Below, one piece after another: positions 17,042 through 35,543 of a stretch of DNA of 64,000 nucleotides. The DNA comes from the human T2T-CHM13v2.0 reference genome, Homo sapiens: assembly GCF_009914755.1 (NCBI RefSeq), contig NC_060926.1; one strand, written 5' to 3'. Under the pieces are notes generated by a model. The model was not told where the DNA came from, did no database searches, and saw only the letters and a program-made list of their open reading frames with translations. The position numbers and the translations under genes are program-made. Numbering within the stretch: position 1 is the stretch's first letter; the number at the start of each line of letters is the position of its first letter.

Positions 17042-19635
17042 CTACCATTGCAGCACTGCACTCCAGCCTGGGAGACAAGAGTGAGACCCTGTCTCTAAAA
17101 AATAATAATAATAAATTAAACAATTATTTCATCATACTGGGTAGTTTAATAATGCAGGTTGTTGCCTATCAAGAACAAGGCTTGGCTGGTTGTGGTGGCT
17201 CACACCTGTAATCCCAGCACTTTGGGAGGCCGAGGCAGGCAGATCACTTGAGATGAGGAGTTTGAGACCAGCCTGGCCAATGTGGCAAAACCCCATCTCT
17301 ACTGAAAATAAGAAAAACTAGCCAGGCATGGTGGCTTGCACCTGTAATTCAAGCTACTTGGGAGGCTGAGGCACCAGAATTGCCTGAACCCAGGTGGCAG
17401 AGGTTATAGTGAGCCAAGACCGCACCACTGCACTTCAGCTCTGGGTGATGGAGTGAGACTCTTGTCTCACTCCAAAAAAAAAAAAGAAAGATCTTGGCCG
17501 GGCGTGGTGGCTCACGCCTGTAATCTCAGCACTTTGGGAGGCCAAGGCAGGTGGATCACAAGGTCAGGAGTTCAAGACCAGACTGGCCAAGATGGTGAAA
17601 CCCCGTCTCTACTAAAAAATACAAAAATTTGCTGGGCGTGGTGGCAGGAGCCTATAATCCCAGCTACTTGGGAGGCTGAGGCAGAGAACCACCCAAACCC
17701 GGGAGCTGGAGGTTGCAGTGAGCTGAGATTGCACCACTGGCACTCCAGCCTGGGCTACAGAGCAAGAGTCCATCTCAAAAAAAAAAAAAAAAAGAGCGAT
17801 CTCACCGCTGTTTCCAGGATTTTCTTCCAGTTGCTGATATTTATCCTGCATATTTTTATGCTGATGTTTTTTTTCTTTCCTTTCTTATAACCTCAAAATA
17901 GAAATAATTTCAAACTTCCAGAAAAGTTACAGTTAATACAAGGAACTCCCTCCCTCCCATATATCCTTCACCCAGGTTCAGCAGTTGTTTACATCTTGCT
18001 CCACATGCTTTTGTCATTCATCTTCTATCTTTATCTATCCATCTATCTATCTATCCATCCATTCCTCCCCCTTTCCTCAAACCATTTGAGAGTAGATTCA
18101 ACATTTTGCCTGTTTTCCTCTAAATATTGCAGTTGATATTTCCTACGAGCAAGGATATTCTCTTATGTATTGACAACATAGTTATCAAGTTTCTTTGGTT
18201 GTATCAGTAATAATCTTGTGGATTCTCAGTCTCCTCCCCTCCAATTCCAGGACCCAATTCATGATCACTCAGTACTTGTAGATATCAGATCTCTTTAATC
18301 TGGAACAGTTCCTCAGCTTTTCTTCATTTCTAGACCTTTACATTTTTGGATAGTACAGGACAGTTATTTTGTAGACTATCCCTCAATTTGAGTTTGTCTG
18401 ATATTTCATGAGTAGATTCAAAATACATATTTTTGGCAAGAATGTGATGTTTTCTTAATATTACTAAAAGCTGTCAAAGGAAACTTTTCAGACTATAAAC
18501 AGGACTTATTCTTCCTCAAATTATTTGTTTTTTTTTTTGTTTGTTTTGTTTTGTTTTTTACATCCACAGCCTTGCCACCAGAGTGGGCTTTCAAAGAATT
18601 TTTTTTATTTGTATAAATTTATGGGTTATATGTATAATTTTATTACATGCATAGATTGTGTAGTGGTGAAGTCAGGGCTTTTAGTGTATCCATCACCCAA
18701 ATAATGTACATTGTACCCATTAAGTGATTTCTTACCCTCCTGCCCACCCCTGAAATGATCTTTTAATGTCTGAAATACCAAGGGATGGCCATTGTCGAGT
18801 CATGCCACCAGGAGTAATAACCAATTTGTGAATTCAGAGCCAATGACGACTGCATCATGACTGCTACTTAGATGAAAACAGTTGGGAGATGTCATCAGTT
18901 GTAAGATGCATACTGATTTCACAGGTGTTAAAATGTGAAAAAACATACATCTTTCCTTCAGTTGCATATTGTATGTCCTAACTGCCCCCTACAAACATTG
19001 TCCCAAGTATTTTTCCACCAATATTAGTGTGCTCTTACTCTGTACTTTTGACAACATTTAGAATTGTTGGTCCTTAAATATTTGCCTTTCTAGGCCAGGT
19101 ACGATAGCTCATGCCTGTAATCCTAGCACTTTGGGAAGCCAAGGCAGGAGGATTACTTGAGCCTAGAAGTTCAAGACCAGCCTGGGCAACACAGTGAGAC
19201 CCCTGTCTCCAATTTTTTTTTTTTTTTTTTTTTTTAATTAGTGAAGTGTGGTGGCATGCACGCCTGTAGTCCCAGCTACTCAGGAGACTGAGGGGAGGAT
19301 CACTTGAGCCCAGGAGGATCACACCACCGCACTCCAGCCTGGATGATAGAGTGAGACCCTGTCTCAAAAAACAAAATTTTTGCCTATCCAGTAAGCCAAA
19401 AATGACATTTTATGATTGAAATATATAGTTCTTTTTTTTTTTTTTGAGACGGAGTTTCGCTCTTATCGCACAGGCTAGAATGCAGTGGTGCAGTCTCGGC
19501 TCACTGCAACCTCCACCTCCCAGGTTAAAGCGATTCTCCTGCCTCAGCCTCCCCAGTAGCTGGGATTACAGGTGCCCACCACCACGCCTGGCTAATTTTT
19601 GTACCTTTAGTAGAGATGGGGTTTCACCATGCTGA

Positions 19636-19866
<231 letters not shown>

Positions 19867-20073
19867 TAATTCTTTTATTACTTGTGAGGTTAAACATCTT
19901 TTTGCCTTGGTGCAGTGGTTCACCCCTATAATCCTTGCACTTTGGGAAGCTAAAGCAGGAGGATTACTTGAGCCCAGGAGTTTAAGACCAGCCTGGGCAA
20001 CATGACAAAACCCCATCTTTGCCAAAAAAAAAACGACAGGAAAATTTGCTGCATGTGGTAGTACATTCTTTTA

Positions 20074-20220
<147 letters not shown>

Positions 20221-20804
20221 TTATACTTTTGTTAAACACTTGGGTTTTTTTTTATGTCCTCTGCCTATATTTCTTCATTATTTTATTTACTTTTTTGTGA
20301 CACAGTATCACCATGTTGCCCAGACTGGTCTCAAACTTTTGGGCTCAGGGGATCCTCTGACCTCAGCCTCCCAAATAGCTGGGATTTTAGGCCCACCTGG
20401 CTGTTTTGCCTATATTTCTATTTTTGTGTTGCTTTTTCTTACTAATCTAGAACAGCTCTTTATTTCTAATCTCAGTTTTCATTTCCTTTTACATTTATTT
20501 ATAGTAAATAAAAGTTTTGTGATACTTTTTCAGTATCACAAATGTTACTGTTTTTATGTAGCTAAATCAATTTAACTCTTTCATTGTGAATTTGTGCCTT
20601 GTGTTCTGTCATGTTTAGAAACTGCTTTTGAACTTTAAGGGTCTTATATAAATATTTACTTTTTTTTTTCTTTTTTTTTTTTTTTAGGCTGCAGTGCCTC
20701 AGTCTCAGCTCACTGCAGCCTTCACCTCCCAGACTCAAGCTATCCTTCCACCTCACCCTCCTGAGTAGCTGGGACCACAGATGCTCACCACCACGCCTGG
20801 CTAA

Positions 20805-21310
<506 letters not shown>

Positions 21311-22161
21311 AATAGTTTGATTTTTTAACATTTAAGTAATCTGAAATATTTTCATTTAAGGTAAGGATTGAGGACTTTAAAAAATCTATTGTTTTTCAAA
21401 TACAGTGTTTAGCCATTGTTTAATAAGTGTTGTGTTCTTTCCCTAAATTCTTTTTAGAACTTTTGAATTAAAATCAGGTTAAAGTTTTTTCAGGGGCTAT
21501 TGACCAAATTGTGAAAATTTGGAAGCCTATTCTGCTGCTTATCATATCCAAATCTCAGACTTTTAACCTTTTTCTTTACCTCAGCCAATGTTTATCAATA
21601 TTACAGGTGAAACAGAAATTTGTAATTACCTGTGAATTTTATTTTTACACTTATGCCAGTATAATACAAAAATGAGGGCTGGGCGCAGTGGTTCACACAT
21701 GTAATCCCAGCACTTTGGGAGGCTGAGGTGGGTGGATCACCTGAGGTCAGGAGTTCGAGACCAGTCTGGAAACCCCATCTCTACTAAAAAATACAAAAAT
21801 TAGCTGGGCATGGTGGTGGGCACCTGTAATCCCATCTACTCAGGGGGCTGAGGCTGGGAGAATTGCCTGAACTCGGGAGGTGGAAGTTGCAGTCAGCCGA
21901 GATCACACCACTGCACTCCAGCCTAGGCAACACAGTGAGACTCTGTCTCGGCATGGGGGAAGAAAAAATGAGGGTTGACTCTACTGCTGTGTCCTTTTTC
22001 TTCTCCCTACTCCTTTTAGAGAAAAGGAATTTTTCACTTTCCATTTCTTATTAGTTTGAAAGTGCCTTGACTGAAGTCATCAAAATATATTTGTACCCTC
22101 CCCTCTGAAACTGTGGAGTAAAGGATTGTGCAGCCAGTTGAGAGGGAGAGCTTAATTATTA

Positions 22162-22497
<336 letters not shown>

Positions 22498-22594
22498 AGT
22501 TAAAGAGTTCCTAAGTCATTAGGTTACATTGCTCTGTATTATTTTTAAAATTCTACCTATTAGATAATAGTTATGTATATTTACCTATTTTCAG

Positions 22595-22673
22595 GTTTGG
22601 TCTGAGATTGGAAAAGGCTTTCTAGATGGGTCACTTGATAAAAACATGACTCGGAAAAAACAATATGAAGATG
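22595..22673 (+). CDS. CYP20A1: CYP20A1 exon 6 (79 nt; VWSEIGKGFLDGSLDKNMTRKKQYED)
   Basis: ttttcag| acceptor, ATG|gtaagt donor, phase 0 to 1. Confidence 0.96.
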
Positions 22674-22774
22674 GTAAGTTTGGTCACTTAATTTTTAGTG
22701 AGGACAAAAAATAAATGTGCCCCAGTTTTAATAAAGTAATCTCTGAATAGTGAGATTAAAGGTCATTTATATTT

Positions 22775-23069
22775 TCTTTTTTTTTTTTTTTGAGACAGAG
22801 TCTCGCTCTGTTGCCAGGCTGGAGTGCAGTGGTGCGATCTCGGCCACAGCAACCTCCGCCTCCCAGGTTCAAGCAATTCTCCTGCCTCAGCCTCCCGAGT
22901 AGCTGGGACTACAGGTGGGTGCCACCACGCCCAGCTAATTTTTGTATTTTTAGTAGAGACAGGGTGTCACCCTGTTGGCCAGGATGGTCTCGATCTCTTG
23001 ACCTTGTGATCTGCCTGCCTCGGCCTCCCAAAGTGCTGGGATTACAGGCATGTGCCACTGTGCCCGGCC
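22775..23069 (-). mobile_element. AluSc downstream of exon 6
   Basis: tgttgccaggctgg deletion and ggtctcgatctcttgacc diagnostics. Confidence 0.88.
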
Positions 23070-23761
23070 TATATTTATTTTCTTTCTTTATGCTTTTTTC
23101 TATATTTTCTACAATGAAAGTTTTCTTTAACAGAAGCGAGGAAAAATAAGTTAGTAAAAGAAACTCTAGCACAGACTGCAGAATGAGAGTGTTGTAGAGC
23201 TGGTATACTCTACAGGATTAATGGAAAGTATAAGTGTACAATCTTAAGAAAGCAGTTTAATAATGCATACTAAGAACCATAAATAATGGATGAAATTATA
23301 TGAAAGAAGACAATATTCATGAAGATATTTTTGTAGTACTGTTTCTGCAAGTAGAAAACCAGGAACAAACTAAAGGTTCAACATTATAGGAATTAGTAGG
23401 GAAATGTCAACATGATTAAATATTACGGATATTTATAAAAAATGGCGGCCATGGCAGCACATGCCTGTAGTCCCAGCTACTTGGGAGGCTGAGATGAGAG
23501 GATCACTTCAGCTCAGGATTTTGAGACCAGCCTGGGCAATGTAGTGAGAGACCCCATCTCAAAAAATTTAAAAAATTAGCAACATAGGCCCAGTGCGGTA
23601 GCTCACACCTGCAATCCCAGCACTTTGGGAGGCTGAGGTAGGCAGATTACTTGAGGCCAGGAGTTCGAGACCAATCTAGCCAACATAGTGAAACCCTACC
23701 TCTACTAAAAAAATACAAAACATTAGCCGGGTGCAGCAGCGCACACTTGTAATCCCAGCTA

Positions 23762-23893
<132 letters not shown>

Positions 23894-24113
23894 TTAGCAT
23901 CCTAAAAAATTCTTGCCATTATAACATTGAATAAAAATATTTTCAATGTTGTTTGGCATTGATTTCAACTTTATACAATTTACACAGAAAAATAGCAATT
24001 TTAATGTAATGTAGTACCCCCAAATTAATTATTCTCCCTTATTATTTTTTTGTTCTGTATTCTCTGTCAGTGGTTGAATAATTATAAAGCTTTAATACTT
24101 TTTTTTAAAATAA

Positions 24114-24423
<310 letters not shown>

Positions 24424-24974
24424 TAAGCTACCTCAATTCATTTTTTTGGAAGCATGCAGGATAAATTAAAATACAGAGGCTGCATTAGAATACTGGATTG
24501 TTTTCTATACATTATAGTATTGCTTCACAGGATTCTCTTTCTTCATCCTTTCAACAAACATTTATTGAGGCTGTGCTAGGCCCTATTCTGTGCACAGGAG
24601 ACAAAAATCCCTGTCCTCATTAGCTTACTGTTTTAGTGATTTTCTTGGTCCAACAGAAGTAAAAAAAGAAAAAAAAAAGCCAGTTTAATTGACACATTTC
24701 CTGCTATCTGGTTTTTATGACCATTATGATTATCTTGATCAATGCGTTTGGATTAATTCCCCTTGATAAAAAATGTATTTCAGAAATATTGGTTAAATTA
24801 ACATGAAATGAAAATAATTTATATTCTTTGATCCTAAATAAATTGTCTGGCATAATGTGTTCCTTGGGCTGTAACATGGGCATAAATCAAATTTGAGCTT
24901 TTATTAGAAATGATTATGTTCTAGTATTTATAAAAATGGGATGCCATGACTGGATCAGAGCTTCCTTTGTTTAA

Positions 24975-25325
24975 TTCCCAACCTGCTTTGCACATTAGAA
25001 TCAGTTGGAGAACTTAAAGCACAAAACCTGAAGATCAGACCTTATCCTAGACCAGTTTATTCAGAATCTGAGATCAGGGTGTCGTGGGCATCAGGTATTT
25101 TTGTAAAGGCTCTCCAGATTATTCTAATGTACTTGTAGGGTTGAGAATGTACAACAGTAGTTCCCAAACTTTGCTACACATTGAATCTTTTTAAAAATAT
25201 TGAAGCCTGACTCCTACCTGTAAACATTCAGATTTAATTGACATGACGTGTGACTTGTGCTTTACTGTTGTTTGAAAAAACTTCTCAGGTGATTCTAATG
25301 TGCAGCAAAGCCTGGGAACAACTTC
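24975..25325. mobile_element. Adjacent MER5A / MER5A1-like hAT MITEs
   Basis: Two cacattagaatca / caggtgattctaatgtgcagc-type motifs. Confidence 0.55.
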
Positions 25326-25385
25326 TTTATAGTGTTAATAATTTCTTATTTTCTTTTCTTTTTTTTTGTTTTTTTTTGAGACTGA

Positions 25386-25665
<280 letters not shown>

Positions 25666-25719
25666 TAATTTCTCATTTTAATCACTAATGTGTATTATAT
25701 TGATTCAATTCTATAAATA

Positions 25720-27370
<1,651 letters not shown>

Positions 27371-27908
27371 ATTTGTGTATAATTTTATGGGCCATTGGAT
27401 ATCAGTTATTGATATCTTTTAGGTTTTTATTTTATATATTTATTTATTTAGAGATAAATAAAATATTTATTTATTTATTCTCTCGCCCAGGCTGGAGTGA
27501 AGTGGCACAATCTTGGCTCACTGCAACCTCTGCTGCCCAGGTTCAAGCGATTCTCCTGCCTCAGCCTCCTGAGTAACTGAGATTACAGGTGCCTGCCACT
27601 GAGCCCACCTAATTTTTGTATTTTTAGTAGAGATGGGGTTTTGCCATCTTGGCCAGGGTGGTCTTGAACTCCTGACCTCGTGATTCACCTGCCTCGGCCT
27701 CCCAAAGTGCTGGGATTACAGGCATGAGCCACTGTGCCCAGCCTCTTTTAGGTTTTTAGAAATTTACTTTTCTGATTATCTCACATCTGTTTCTATCCCT
27801 AAATAAGTGATTCCTGATTTGGGAGAAGGAATGGAGTTAAGAAGACAGAATTTAGAAGGAAGGTGGATGATATCAGAGAAGAAAGGCTTATGTGTTTGGA
27901 GGCCTCTA

Positions 27909-28220
<312 letters not shown>

Positions 28221-28502
28221 TCAAGTGCTGGCATTGCTCTACTTCTTGACCTAGGTGGTTGGTGGTGATTTATAATTATTCCTTAAACTGTACTTACATG
28301 CTTTGTGCACTTTTTTGTATGTATGTTAAATTTGGCAAAAAAGGAAGAAAATGATGAGTTTAAACATAAATTAGCTTTCTTTGTTGTTGGTTACTAACTT
28401 TGAAGGTTTTCTTCATATAGTAACATTGCACAGAATTATTTTTTTAAAGTTCAGTCTCCACTAATGCTTGTATTCTAAAATTATTTTGTTTTTTTCTCTA
28501 AG

Positions 28503-28618
28503 CCCTCATGCAACTGGAGTCTGTTTTAAGGAACATCATAAAAGAACGAAAAGGAAGGAACTTCAGTCAACATATTTTCATTGACTCCTTAGTACAAGGG
28601 AACCTTAATGACCAACAG
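28503..28618 (+). CDS. CYP20A1: CYP20A1 exon 7 (116 nt; ALMQLESVLRNIIKERKGRNFSQHIFIDSLVQGNLNDQQ)
   Basis: T-rich tract + less common aag| acceptor, CAG|gtgata donor, phase 1 to 0. Confidence 0.95.
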
Positions 28619-28781
28619 GTGATATAATTGTTAAATGTTTATCAGGTAAAAAAATAAGCCAGAGCCAGGCACAATGGCTCATGACTGTAGTCCCAGCTAC
28701 TTGAGAGGGTGAGGTGGGAGGATCACTTGAACCCAAGAGATCAAGGCCAACTTGGGCAATATAGCAAGACGCCATCTATAA

Positions 28782-29195
<414 letters not shown>

Positions 29196-29378
29196 GCATC
29201 GTACATCTTTTATTGTACATCATTGGTAGTACAAGTACTTGGTCTCTATTATTTAGCTCTTTGAGGCAGCTGTATATTATTTAATATTATTAAATTGAGC
29301 CAAAATTCTTGAATTACAAAAGAGGAGAAGGACTTGTGTTAGGTGTATTAGACTAAATCACTTTGCCTGCTTGACCAG

Positions 29379-29449
29379 GTGTGGCAGTGTGGCTTGTTGA
29401 CAATACTGCCAACATACCACTGCATTTGTGGTATTGTCAGGCCAGTGAG
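29379..29449 (+). other. Candidate 71-nt cryptic (poison) cassette exon in intron 7
   Basis: gactaaat branch-like motif, ctttgcctgcttgaccag| acceptor, consensus GAG|gtgagt donor. No transcript evidence available. Confidence 0.45.
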
Positions 29450-29988
29450 GTGAGTTGTTATTGCCACACCTCTTCATTGTAGGAATCTTCTGCCTCACTA
29501 TACACATGCAAGTCCTTGTAGCCAGAAGTAGTTTGATATATGTTGGTGCAGAAATTGAATTTGGCTTCCAGGACAGGGATGAGATCTTCTGTCCTATTTC
29601 TGAGGCTTCATTGCTGTTTACTAGGCTAAGCCAGAAAAATAGGACCGAGTTTGTTTACCAAAGTAGGTCATGAACCAGTAATACTCACAACAAATACCCT
29701 GATTTGATCATTACATGTTGTATACATGTACCGAAAATCACTTGTACTCCCAAAATACATACAACTATAGTTCATCAATTTTAAAAATATTTTTAAAAAG
29801 CAGTGTGGTATTTAGGTTGGTATTCACATTATACAGATTTGGTTTTTTGTTTTAGTGAAAACATCAAAATGAAATAATATACTTTTTTTTTCATTGACAC
29901 TAATTTTATGCTGTAGATTATTTTAGCAGGGCCTAATATAGGCTACCTTACATTTTTCACACTTTCTAAACTTAGTTTTGTTTCCTAG

Positions 29989-30043
29989 ATCCTAGAAGAC
30001 AGTATGATATTTTCTCTGGCCAGTTGCATAATAACTGCAAAAT
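29989..30043 (+). CDS. CYP20A1: CYP20A1 exon 8 (55 nt; ILEDSMIFSLASCIITAK, I-helix region)
   Basis: tttcctag| acceptor, AAT|gtaagt donor, phase 0 to 1. Confidence 0.95.
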
Positions 30044-30413
30044 GTAAGTATAAATTGATTTCTTTTTCAGAGGAATTACTAAATATATAGGCTGAGCACA
30101 GTGGCTCACACCTGTAATCCCAACACTTGGGGAGGCTGAGGTGGGAGATTGCTTGAGGCCAGGAGTTGGAGGCCAGCTCAGAAAACAGAGACCCTCTCTA
30201 CAAAAAAAATAAGTTAACTGAGCATGATGGCCCGTGCCTGTAGTCTCAGCTGCTCAAGAGGATGAATCACGAGGATGGAGGCTACAGTGAACTGTGATTG
30301 TGCACTCCAGCCTGAAAACAGAGTGAGACCCTGTCTCAAAAAAAACAAGGCCAGGCATGGCAACTCACACCTGTAATCCCAGCACTTTTTGGGAGGCCAG
30401 GGCAGGAGGATCA

Positions 30414-30626
<213 letters not shown>

Positions 30627-31513
30627 TCAAAACAAACAAACAAAAATAAAACACTGTTTAGAGGACTTCTTTATAATTTTTCCCTCTTTTTTAGTCTTGT
30701 TTTAAAGGGCTGACTCACATAAGTGCTTTTTTTCTTAACCCCAAGTGCTTAAAGCCACCTCTGAAAATTGCCATAAATTTCTTGACACATTTTATGGATT
30801 GTGAATTCTTGTTAGTGCCTTTAAAATGAACTGCTGTTGACACCTTTCCAACCAAAACAGTGAGCTTTTCATTTCCTGCTGCTGCTTTCCACTTTGACTC
30901 CAAGCTAGTCTGCTATTACTAAGGTCTACCAACAAGAGTATATAGGCCACAGAAATCACGATTTAAAAGAACTCCTCTCGTTGGAATTGAAGGTGATTTT
31001 TATGTAAAATTGTAAAATATTTGATATGTTTCTAAGTTTCCTCACTTGGTTTTTAGATTGGTGGAGTACCATTTATTTATACAGTATTTATAAAAAATAC
31101 TTCAATAGGCATAAAAATACACTAAGATAAAAATACTTAAAGGAAGTATTAGGGGACCAGGCAAGGTGGCTCACAGCTATAATGCCAGCACTCTGGGAGG
31201 CCGAGGTGGATGAATCACTGGAGCCCAGAAATTTGGGACCAGCCTGGGCAACACAGCGGAAACCCATCTCTATAAAAAATTCAAAAATTAGCCAGGCCTG
31301 GTGGCACACACTTGTAATCCCAGTTATGTAAGGAAGGCTAAGGTGGGAGGATCACGTAAGCCCAGGAGGTTGAGGTTGCAGTGAGCCATGATTGCACCAC
31401 TGGACTGCAGCCTGGGTGACAGAGTGAGACCCTGTCAAAAAACAAAAGGAGGCCAGGCATGGTGACTCATGCCTGTAATCCCAGCACTATGGGAGGCTGA
31501 GGTGGGCAGATCA

Positions 31514-31771
<258 letters not shown>

Positions 31772-33098
31772 TTAAATTTTAGAAAATTTGTGTTCACTTG
31801 AAGGATTTCATTTATATCCCTCAATGTTTAAGGAAGCTTTCTTTAAAAGGATACAAATGTAAACGTCCCATAAATTTTTCTTCTTTAACATATAGAAATG
31901 TCCAGATACTATAGATGACTAAATTGAATTTAGGTAAGCATATGTCAAAAATAATGTATTCAACCTTTTTTTTTTTTTTTTTTTTGAGACGGAGTTTTGC
32001 TCTTGTCACCCAGGCTGTAGTGCAATTGCGCGATTTCAGGTCACTGCAACCTCCACCTCCTCGATTCAAGTGATTCTCCTGCCTTAGCCCCCTGAGTAGC
32101 TGGGATTACAGGCGCCTGCAACTATGCTTGGCTAATTTTTGTATTTTAAGTAGAGACCATGTTGGCCAAGCTGGTCTTGAACTGACCTCAGGTGCTCCAC
32201 CTGCCTCGGCCTCCCAAGGTGCTAGGATTACAGTCGTGAGCCACCACGTCCTGCCTTATTCAACCTTTTTTTAAAAATGCCTATTTGTTTGGTCCAGTGG
32301 TGCACACTTGTCCCAGCTACGTTGGAGGCTGAGGTGGGAGGATTGCGTGAGCCCCAGGAGTTTGCCTAACTTGGGCAATAAAACAAGACCCCAGCTTAAA
32401 AAAAATTAGTATAAAAATAGATTTAAAATCCTTGTTTTTAAAACGCATTACATTAAACCTAATATGTCTTTGCTAAAGACCTTTAAAAATCTAAATCACT
32501 TGTGCTCCGGACACCAAGAAAAGTGACTATTTCCAAGGTTGAATTAATATTTTAATCTTATTTTCAGTTTTTAGGGAGATTTTAGGAGTATTGCTATGTA
32601 TTTGGATGTAGGTTAGTGGTTTTTTAAGGCTCCTCCGAAGTTTTTGAGAGAGTAGATAAATAAGAAACCTTAATAAGTCCTTACTCTGCCCCTTATTAGC
32701 CTTGGGCAAGATACTTATCTCTGCATTTTCCTCCTTTTCTAAAATAGGAGTTTAGCTCCAGATGACCTTCCAAGTTATCTCTAAGCTATGAAATTGTGTC
32801 TGATTCAGTATTGTATTTAAAACACATTAAGTGGCTTAAAATCACATTTTAAAGCTATTTTCAGTCATCATTTTTAAGAGTCCTACAAAGGAACCAGTGT
32901 GACAGGCTGGGCAATATAGTGGGACACAATCTCTACAAAAAAAATAATAAATTGTAGTTAGCTGTGCATGGTGGCATGTGCCTGTAGTCCCAGCTACTTG
33001 GGAAGCTGAGGTGGGAGGATCAATTTAGCCAGGAGATCAAGGCCTCAAGTGAGCCGTGATCACTACCACTGCACTCCAGCCTGGGTGACAGAGTGTGA

Positions 33099-33362
<264 letters not shown>

Positions 33363-33463
33363 TGATCTCGAACTCCTGACCTCGTGATCTGCCCGCCTTG
33401 GCCTCCCAAAGTGCTGAGATTACAGGCGTGAGCCACCACACCCAGCCAATGTGAGATTATTAA

Positions 33464-33715
<252 letters not shown>

Positions 33716-34379
33716 TGATCTGCCCGCCTCGGCCTCCCAAAGTGCTGGGATTACAGGTGTGAGCCACTGCATCCGGCCTGTTATATTAATTTTAAGTGAT
33801 AATATAGTCAAGCAGAGTACAGGATTGACCACTGTGTGCAAATCTTTGTGGTGACTCCTTCAGTTGTATATTACTCTATGTTGTAAAATTGTGTGACATA
33901 CATATTGTACACTGCACAAGTTTTCACATCACTTGTAAAATAGCAATTCTACAGTTCACTCAGAAGCCATAATGAAGAGGCATATGTAGGGAAAAGTTAA
34001 GGACAGGCAGTCACTCATGTTTTTTGTGAACTCTAGATATAAGAAAACTAATCAGAGTAATTGAGTACCAGGTTACTACTGATTTTAATGGTAACAATAT
34101 TGGTAATAAGGTGAATCAGGCAAACTTTTTTTTATAAATTAACTTTGAGATAAGTTTAAGTTAACCCTTAGCGCAGGAAAGAGATCATTGGTAAGGAAAG
34201 TACAAGTTACTAGAAGGATATTAAAAAGTATTTGACACAGGAACAATAGAGCTACAGATGGTGTCAGCTCAAACATATTCTAGGGAAAGAGGTAGTATAT
34301 ATGTTCAGAAGTTTCCATTCTTTTAATAGTTATAATCCCAGTGTATTACTAAAGGAAATATAACTACTCTTTTTCCTCT

Positions 34380-34464
34380 GTTTTTTTCTCAACATGTAAT
34401 TTCTTTACATTTTCATTTCTTCTGGTTTTTTTCTCAACATGTAATTTCTTTACATTTTCATTTC
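34380..34464. repeat. 45-bp-period tandem duplication
   Basis: gtttttttctcaacatgtaatttctttacattttcatttc repeated exactly at 34380 and 34425. Confidence 0.95.
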
Positions 34465-34659
34465 CTCAGTGAATACAATCCATAAACCAGTTTAAGCTAA
34501 AGTAAGCCATGAGCCAGTGATCTTCCCATTTTGGCGTTGAGATAAATTCGATATTCCATTTGTTAAAAGTACAGATGTTTGGACATTACCACAAACCTAC
34601 TGAACCAGAATTTGTGAATGTGAGGTTATAGCATCAGCCATCTCCCAGGTGGTTTTTGA

Positions 34660-34779
<120 letters not shown>

Positions 34780-35543
34780 TGATCATCCCATCTCAGTCTC
34801 CCAAGTAGCTGGGACTATAGGCACACACCACCACACCCAGCTGATTTTTGAGTTTTTTGTAGAGATGGGGTTTTGCCATGTTGCCCAGACTAGTCTTGAA
34901 CTCCTGAGCCTACGCAATCCCCCAGCTTCAGATTCCCTCCCAAAGTGATCCCCTCCGTGTGATCCCCTCCCGAAGTGCTGGGGTTACAGGTGTGAGCCAC
35001 CACGTCTGGTTGAGAACTGTTCTAAGCAATAACCACTCACAAATTTTGAGCCAGTGTATTTACCATCACAAGTAAATATTTTAGAATATTGATTTATCGA
35101 TAAATCTGCTAGCTTGATTTGTCTGAATTATTTCATTAGTGCTCCTAAGTGAACTGATAAATCGGCCTAATAAGGTTGAGTGCATGAGATAATCCATTGC
35201 AACAGCCAACATTGAGCACTCCTACAGATATGATATTTATTTATTATCATAACTATTTTACCTAAGGTAAAATTAAGTGGCTCCAGTTACTTACCAGTTT
35301 TAAGAAAGAAGGCATCCAGATTGCACTATGTCTGTTGGAGGGCATTCTGTAAATATTGATGTTCCATATAATATAAACCCTGTGAAGAATTTTACTTTTT
35401 AGTAGCACTTATATATCTTCTATATCATGGGAGAAAAAAAGCAAATACAAAAATCCCACCCTAAATAAGTAGTTTTTTTCTTATTCTATACCCAAGCCAT
35501 GAGTTAGCTATTTTCATTGTTATTCATATAATGTTTGACCTAG

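Noticed and set aside
28619-28651. Alternative exon-7 donor cag|gtaaaa 27 nt downstream
   Set aside because: Mediocre site, the extension reads GTG ATA TAA, and there is no evidence of use.
35091-35106. Perfect 16-bp palindrome gatttatcgataaatc
   Set aside because: About one such palindrome is expected by chance in 64 kb (64000/4^8), and there is no supporting context.
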